Shown: one piece after another, positions 59,433 to 64,000 of the stretch | Layout: each line of letters starts with the position of its first letter | How positions within the stretch are numbered: position 1 is the first letter of the stretch | Source of the DNA: Nannocystales bacterium | GTDB lineage: Bacteria > Myxococcota_A > Polyangia > Nannocystales > Nannocystaceae | NCBI GenBank assembly: GCA_050633305.1 | Contig: JBOEGF010000032.1 | Span: 192,001 to 256,000, forward strand | Direction: 5' to 3' | DNA length: 64,000 nucleotides | Translations under genes and position numbers: made by a program | The notes under the pieces: model-generated | The model's input: the letters and a program-made list of their open reading frames with translations, nothing else | Told to the model about the DNA's origin: nothing | The model's database searches: none

Positions 59433-60728
59433 TCAACCGGCCGAGGCAGAACCGCCCGCAGAACCGCCCGCGGAGGCGCTCGCAGAGGCTTTCACCTCCA
59501 CAGAGACATTGACATTCGCTTTCACGCTGGTCGCTGCATCGAATGCAGCCTTGAACGGCGCTGCCACGCACGCGGTCACCCGCGCACCGATGGCCGGAGA
59601 CGCCTTGAGTTGGCCGACTGTCGCCTGCACGCCGTCGACGACAGCCTTGGCGTTCGCCGCCACCGACAACGCTTGGTCCTTCATGCCGATGGCGATGTTG
59701 AGGACAGCGGGCAGGTTGGCCTCGAGCGCGGCTTTGTACTGGGCGGCCAGCTTGGCATCGGCGGCGCCATCGATCCGCACGGCGATGCGCGGTGGCGTGC
59801 ACTCGACCTCGGCTTGAACCGACGCGTCACAGTGCGCATTGCACTCTGCGCTGGCCTTGGGTGGCGTCATTTCGCCCTCGCACTTGGGCGCTTTCATCTC
59901 CACCGAACAGTCACCACGGCAGGTGCCTTCGCATGAAGCAGCCGCCGCCATCTCGCAGCTTCCGCCGCACTCTCCGCCGCACGACCCTTCGGCCCCGGCG
60001 CTGCAAGAACCCTTGCATTTGCCCTCGCAAGCGGCGCCGTCGACCTTTTTGCCGTCGCACTTCCCGGTGCATTCCCCCGCGCAGGACCCCTTGAACTTGG
60101 CCGAACAGCTGCCGCTGCAGGTTCCCTCGCAGCTCGCAGCCGCGGACATGTCACAGGTTCCCGAGCATTCCGCTTCGCACGATCCCGAGAGTTTTCCGGC
60201 CTCGCACTCCACCTTCACGCTGCCCGGCTCGATCGACGCGTCGCACTCCGCGGCGCAGTCCGCCATCGCGTCCATGGAAGCGGCGCAATGGGGTGGCTGC
60301 ACGTCGAGGACGACCTTGAACCCGCCGCCGAGCTTGCCCTTAATGTCGACCATCGCCTTCATCGCCGCGTCGCAGGCCGCCTTGCCTGTCGCAAAATCGC
60401 CGCTGGCACCAAGATCGTTCGCCAACCCACCACAGGCGGCCTTGAGGTCAGCGTCGAGTTTCTTCGCGAACCCGTCGAGACTGACCGCCGCCATGACGCC
60501 GGACTTCAGCTTCGCGCCGACGGCCGCATCGATGCCGAACTCGGCAGCCCAGTCGACCTTGGCGATGGCGGCCGCCGAGGTCACGTTGGGGCAAGACCCC
60601 GCAGCCTTCGCCGCTCCCGCGACGTCCTTGGGGATGGCGGAGCCCCCGGCACTGAGGTCGCAGGAAGCGACGAGTGCAGCTGGAGCAAGGGTGGCGAGGA
60701 AAAGCGTAGCGGTCTGGAGTCGCACCAT
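59433..60728 (-). CDS. Cys-rich myxobacterial lipoprotein with CxGxCxGxC repeats
   Basis: Lipobox VASC, about 31 Cys by my count, repeated C-x-G-x-C-x-G-x-C units, helical C-terminus ending in an Ala/Ser/Gly tail. Confidence 0.8.
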   Translation of the reverse strand: MVRLQTATLFLATLAPAALVASCDLSAGGSAIPKDVAGAAKAAGSCPNVTSAAAIAKVDWAAEFGIDAAVGAKLKSGVMAAVSLDGFAKKLDADLKAACGGLANDLGASGDFATGKAACDAAMKAMVDIKGKLGGGFKVVLDVQPPHCAASMDAMADCAAECDASIEPGSVKVECEAGKLSGSCEAECSGTCDMSAAASCEGTCSGSCSAKFKGSCAGECTGKCDGKKVDGAACEGKCKGSCSAGAEGSCGGECGGSCEMAAAASCEGTCRGDCSVEMKAPKCEGEMTPPKASAECNAHCDASVQAEVECTPPRIAVRIDGAADAKLAAQYKAALEANLPAVLNIAIGMKDQALSVAANAKAVVDGVQATVGQLKASPAIGARVTACVAAPFKAAFDAATSVKANVNVSVEVKASASASAGGSAGGSASAG

Positions 60729-61013
60729 GGTCGTTTCCGGCGCCGAGCGTAACAGGCGCCTCCGAACGCGAGTAGCGGCCAAGTAGCCGTAGGTGGGCCT
60801 TCCTGCTGCGCGCTCCTACCCTCTTGGCCCCTGTCTGCGTCACCGTTGGTTATGGGGTGCGCTCGCAGGCCCCTCGGTGGAATACTGACCTCCACGCAAG
60901 CCGTCTTGGCCGGGACGACCTCCGGCAAGACCCCTGCCCCGGGTCCGTGCGTTGGAGGCGGCGGGACTTTTTCGCCCACCCCCTCGGTCCCCACGGCGAA
61001 GACCTCGACTCCG

Positions 61014-62780
61014 ATGCCCTCCCCCTCCCCCACTTCCGAGGTTCAGGTCGAACCGCAACTCGGCCGCTGGGCCGCGGCGTCCAACGTACGCCGCGTCGTC
61101 GAGGAGAGCCTCACGTTGACCGCCATCCTCGGCGCCGCGACGCTCGTCGCAATCGGACTACGGAGACTCCCCGACGCCGTGACCCACATCGGTCTCGACT
61201 GGCGGTCCGCCCAAGATGGCCTGGAGACCGCCGGCCTCGCCCTCATCGCCACGGTGGGGTGCGGCATGATCCTCCGCGCCTATCTCCGATACCGACAGCG
61301 ACGAACCGACTCGGGGATGATCGCGAGACGACTCGACCAGCGGCACGAAACCCGCGACCTCTTCACCACGGCGCTCGCCGTCGAGCGAGGCCAAGTCCAC
61401 GGAAACGCAGGCCTCGAAGGCGTGGTCACGGCCCGTGCGCGCACCGTCTTGCCCGAGATGGCCGCGCCGATCGAGCGATTCGAAGCCCCGGCCTCGGCGT
61501 TCGCAGCGATGGGCCTCGCCGCCGCGCTCGTGGCGTTGCTGCCGATGGACGCGGCCGCCGACGCGGCTGGGGTCGACCAAGCGGCCGAGGCCGTCGACGT
61601 GGTTGTGGCCCCTCCCCTCCCTGAGGATGTCCTCGAGTCCCTACGGGCCCGCGCAAAATCCCTCGAGCGGCTCGAGTACACGCCGGGGCTCAAGGACGAC
61701 GCTCGCGAGGCGATGGCACAGGCCCGAAAGCGTTTGGAGGCGCTCAGCGAGGACCCGGACCGCAGTTTGTCCGAACTTGCCCGAGCTCAAAAAGCGCTCG
61801 AAGATCTGGAGCGACAGGCGCGAGAGCAAGGCCTGCACGACAAGGAAAAGCTCAAGAGCATGAACGACGCGGAGCTGGCCGAGCAGCTCGCGAAGTCCAT
61901 GCAGCGTGGCGAGACGGACACCGCCGCCGAGATGGCCGAGGAGTTCTCACGGCGTCTGGATGAAGCCTCGACCGCAGAACAGGAGCGCATCGCCCGGGCG
62001 CTGGAACGAGCACTGAGGCGCAACCCCGAGTCGTCCTCAAGCGGTGAGAAAGGACCGTCACGTGCCGAATCTGAGGCGCGTGCACGCGATCGCAACCGGC
62101 TCGACGAGCTGGCGGAGAACCTGGCCGATGGGGACACTGGGTCCGCACGCGCTGGCCTCGACAACCTCGCCGAAGAGATGCGGGAGAGGGGGGGCAGCGA
62201 GAGCCTCGAAGAGTCGCTGGGGGATGCTGCAGAAGAGGTCCGCGAAGCCCGGGAACGCCAACTCGACGAGATGAACGGCGAGGGCGAAGGCGAAGGCGAA
62301 GGCGAAGGCGAAGGCGAAGGCGAAGGCGAAGGCGAAGGCGCCGGAGCAGGGCAAGCGCCAGGAAGCGCTCCTGGGGCAGCCCCCGGAGAAGGTGAGGGCG
62401 AAGGCGCCGGCAAGGGCAAAGCACCCGGCGGAAAGGACGGCGACAAGGCCCCCGGGATGAGCTCCCCACTGGGCCCCCCCGGCGGAAAACCAGGCCCTGG
62501 GGGCGGCGATGGCAAGGCCGACACCAAAGGCACCGTCCAACCCAGCACCGAAGCCAGCGGCCTCGCCCCGCAGCGTGTGCAAGCGCGTCCGCGCGGCCCA
62601 GCGCAGGGGTCCGTTCGAGCCATCCGGCGCTACTCGGAGGGTTACCGCGACACCCGCGAGTACAAGGACCTGCACGACAAATACTCCTCCGTCGCGGAGT
62701 CCGCGGTCCGACGCGAAGAGATTCCGCTGACTCGCCGCGACTACATTCGAAGCTACTTCCAGGCCGTCCGCGGCCGCTGA
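61014..62780 (+). CDS. MoxR-associated membrane protein with coiled coil and Gly/Glu-rich region
   Basis: Three hydrophobic segments, ARRLD...RDLFTTAL, coiled coil, and C-terminal EEIPLTRRDYIRSYF. Start uncertain (ORF open from 60846). Confidence 0.72.
   Translation: MPSPSPTSEVQVEPQLGRWAAASNVRRVVEESLTLTAILGAATLVAIGLRRLPDAVTHIGLDWRSAQDGLETAGLALIATVGCGMILRAYLRYRQRRTDSGMIARRLDQRHETRDLFTTALAVERGQVHGNAGLEGVVTARARTVLPEMAAPIERFEAPASAFAAMGLAAALVALLPMDAAADAAGVDQAAEAVDVVVAPPLPEDVLESLRARAKSLERLEYTPGLKDDAREAMAQARKRLEALSEDPDRSLSELARAQKALEDLERQAREQGLHDKEKLKSMNDAELAEQLAKSMQRGETDTAAEMAEEFSRRLDEASTAEQERIARALERALRRNPESSSSGEKGPSRAESEARARDRNRLDELAENLADGDTGSARAGLDNLAEEMRERGGSESLEESLGDAAEEVREARERQLDEMNGEGEGEGEGEGEGEGEGEGEGAGAGQAPGSAPGAAPGEGEGEGAGKGKAPGGKDGDKAPGMSSPLGPPGGKPGPGGGDGKADTKGTVQPSTEASGLAPQRVQARPRGPAQGSVRAIRRYSEGYRDTREYKDLHDKYSSVAESAVRREEIPLTRRDYIRSYFQAVRGR
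62277..62336 (+). repeat. Hexanucleotide microsatellite GGCGAG + (GGCGAA)9 encoding (GE)10
   Basis: Direct reading of a perfect repeat tract. Confidence 0.95.
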
Positions 62781-62788
62781 TTCCCCCC

Positions 62789-63802
62789 ATGAGCCAGACC
62801 GTCACTCCGATCACCGAACAACAACTCGTCGCCGCCGCGGAGAGCCTGGGCGCACTCAAGACCGAGATCGAGCGGCGGGTGTTTGGCCAGAGCGACCTGG
62901 TCCTCCAGGCGATTGTAGGGCTGCTGGCGCGCGGCAACATCCTCATCGAAGGACAGCCTGGCCTGGGGAAGACGCTTCTCGTCAAGGTGCTCTCCGAAGC
63001 ATTGGCGATGCAGTTCTCCCGGATTCAGTTCACGCCAGACCTGATGCCCGCCGACATCACAGGCAGTCAGACCCTCGCGCATGACGAGCATGGACGGGCA
63101 AATCTCGAGTTCCGCGCCGGACCGATCTTCGCAAACATGGTCCTGGCCGACGAGGTCAACCGGGCAACCCCCAAGACCCAATCGGCCCTGCTCGAGGCCA
63201 TGCAGGAGCACTCCGTCACCGTCGCAGGGCAGAAACGCGACCTTCCTGCCCCGTTTATCGTCGCCGCAACCCAGAACCCCATCGAGATGGAGGGCACCTA
63301 CCCGCTCCCCGAAGCGCAGCTCGACCGGTTCCTCCTCAAGCTCGAGGTTCAGTTCCCAAAGTTCGAAGACCTCCGCGAGATCGGGCTGCGCACCACAGGG
63401 TCGGCCGAGGCCACGACCAACGTCGTGATGACCCGGCAGCAGCTGCTGGACCTCCAGGCGCTCACCCGCGAGATCGTCGTCGCCCCACACGTCGCCGAGT
63501 ACTGCGCTCAGGTCACGATGGCGACGCACCCAAGTTCGCCGCAGGCACCCGAGCAGGTGCGCCGTTTCGTCCGCTACGGCGCGAGTCCTCGCGCCATGCA
63601 AGCCCTCATTCTCGCGGGGCGGGCCTATGCACTCCTGTCCGGGCGAGGCTGGGTGAGCGAAGACGATGTCCGCGCGGTCGCCCACCCCGTGCTCCGCCAC
63701 CGTATGATTCCAACCTTCGACGCCAAACTCGAAAGCGTCACCAACAACGATCTGGTCGACGTGCTGCTCGGCTCGATCGCCCCCGTACGCGCCGCCGGAT
63801 GA
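62789..63802 (+). CDS. moxR: MoxR family AAA+ ATPase
   Basis: EGQPGLGKT, RIQFTPDLMPADITG, LADEVNRATPKTQSALLEAMQE and ATQNPIEMEGTYPLPEAQLDRF. Confidence 0.95.
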   Translation: MSQTVTPITEQQLVAAAESLGALKTEIERRVFGQSDLVLQAIVGLLARGNILIEGQPGLGKTLLVKVLSEALAMQFSRIQFTPDLMPADITGSQTLAHDEHGRANLEFRAGPIFANMVLADEVNRATPKTQSALLEAMQEHSVTVAGQKRDLPAPFIVAATQNPIEMEGTYPLPEAQLDRFLLKLEVQFPKFEDLREIGLRTTGSAEATTNVVMTRQQLLDLQALTREIVVAPHVAEYCAQVTMATHPSSPQAPEQVRRFVRYGASPRAMQALILAGRAYALLSGRGWVSEDDVRAVAHPVLRHRMIPTFDAKLESVTNNDLVDVLLGSIAPVRAAG

Positions 63803-64000
63803 GAGTTGACCGCACCGCATTGGCGCGCTTCGCCGAGCTTCGCCTGCACGCCCCAAGCGTGGCGACCTCGCTGCAACAGGGCGACCGGCGTTCGCCCTTC
63901 TTGGGTCGTGGGCTGGAGTTCGCGGACTACCGTGAGTACGATCCCGGCGACGATATCCGCCTGATCGACTGGAACGTCTACCTGCGCCTGGGACAGGTGC
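63799..64000 (+). CDS. DUF58 family protein, partial (runs off the window)
   Basis: My translation from the ATG at 63799 contains GRGLEFADYREYDPGDDIRLIDWNV; ATGA overlap with moxR. Confidence 0.92.
   Translation, partial: MRVDRTALARFAELRLHAPSVATSLQQGDRRSPFLGRGLEFADYREYDPGDDIRLIDWNVYLRLGQV

Overview
High-GC, gene-dense chromosomal window that looks myxobacterial, probably Nannocystaceae-like. This is inferred from a MYXO-CTERM-like tail, a DUF2330 protein, many Cys-rich lipoproteins with Thr/Gly/Asp linkers, several Ser/Thr kinases, and FHA, DUF4388 and PilZ domains. About 50 CDSs are supported; I found no rRNA, tRNA, CRISPR array or transposase. Recognisable genes are fbaA, wecB, rmlBACD, ppk1-ppk2, an ECF sigma/anti-sigma pair and a MoxR-DUF58 operon. 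The most notable systems are: (1) a tightly coupled nicotinamidase-vWA-PP2C-kinase operon, i.e. a TerY-P-like triad with an added NAD-related enzyme (14.6-18.6 kb); (2) an exopolysaccharide export locus whose polysaccharide co-polymerase has an N-terminal FHA domain and no tyrosine-kinase domain, next to a membrane Ser/Thr kinase and a PilZ protein (31-48 kb); (3) an orphan SDR-enolase-ACP-AMP ligase-UbiD biosynthetic operon with hairpins on both sides of the ACP gene (22.7-28 kb). Other points are an AAC4-like (nuclease-fold) lipoprotein, a cytochrome P460-like lipoprotein, a heavily eroded SulP pseudogene, recurrent TANNNT-N6/7-start signals suggesting leaderless mRNAs, and several in-frame tandem repeats. 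All family calls come from reading motifs by eye; no database search was run.
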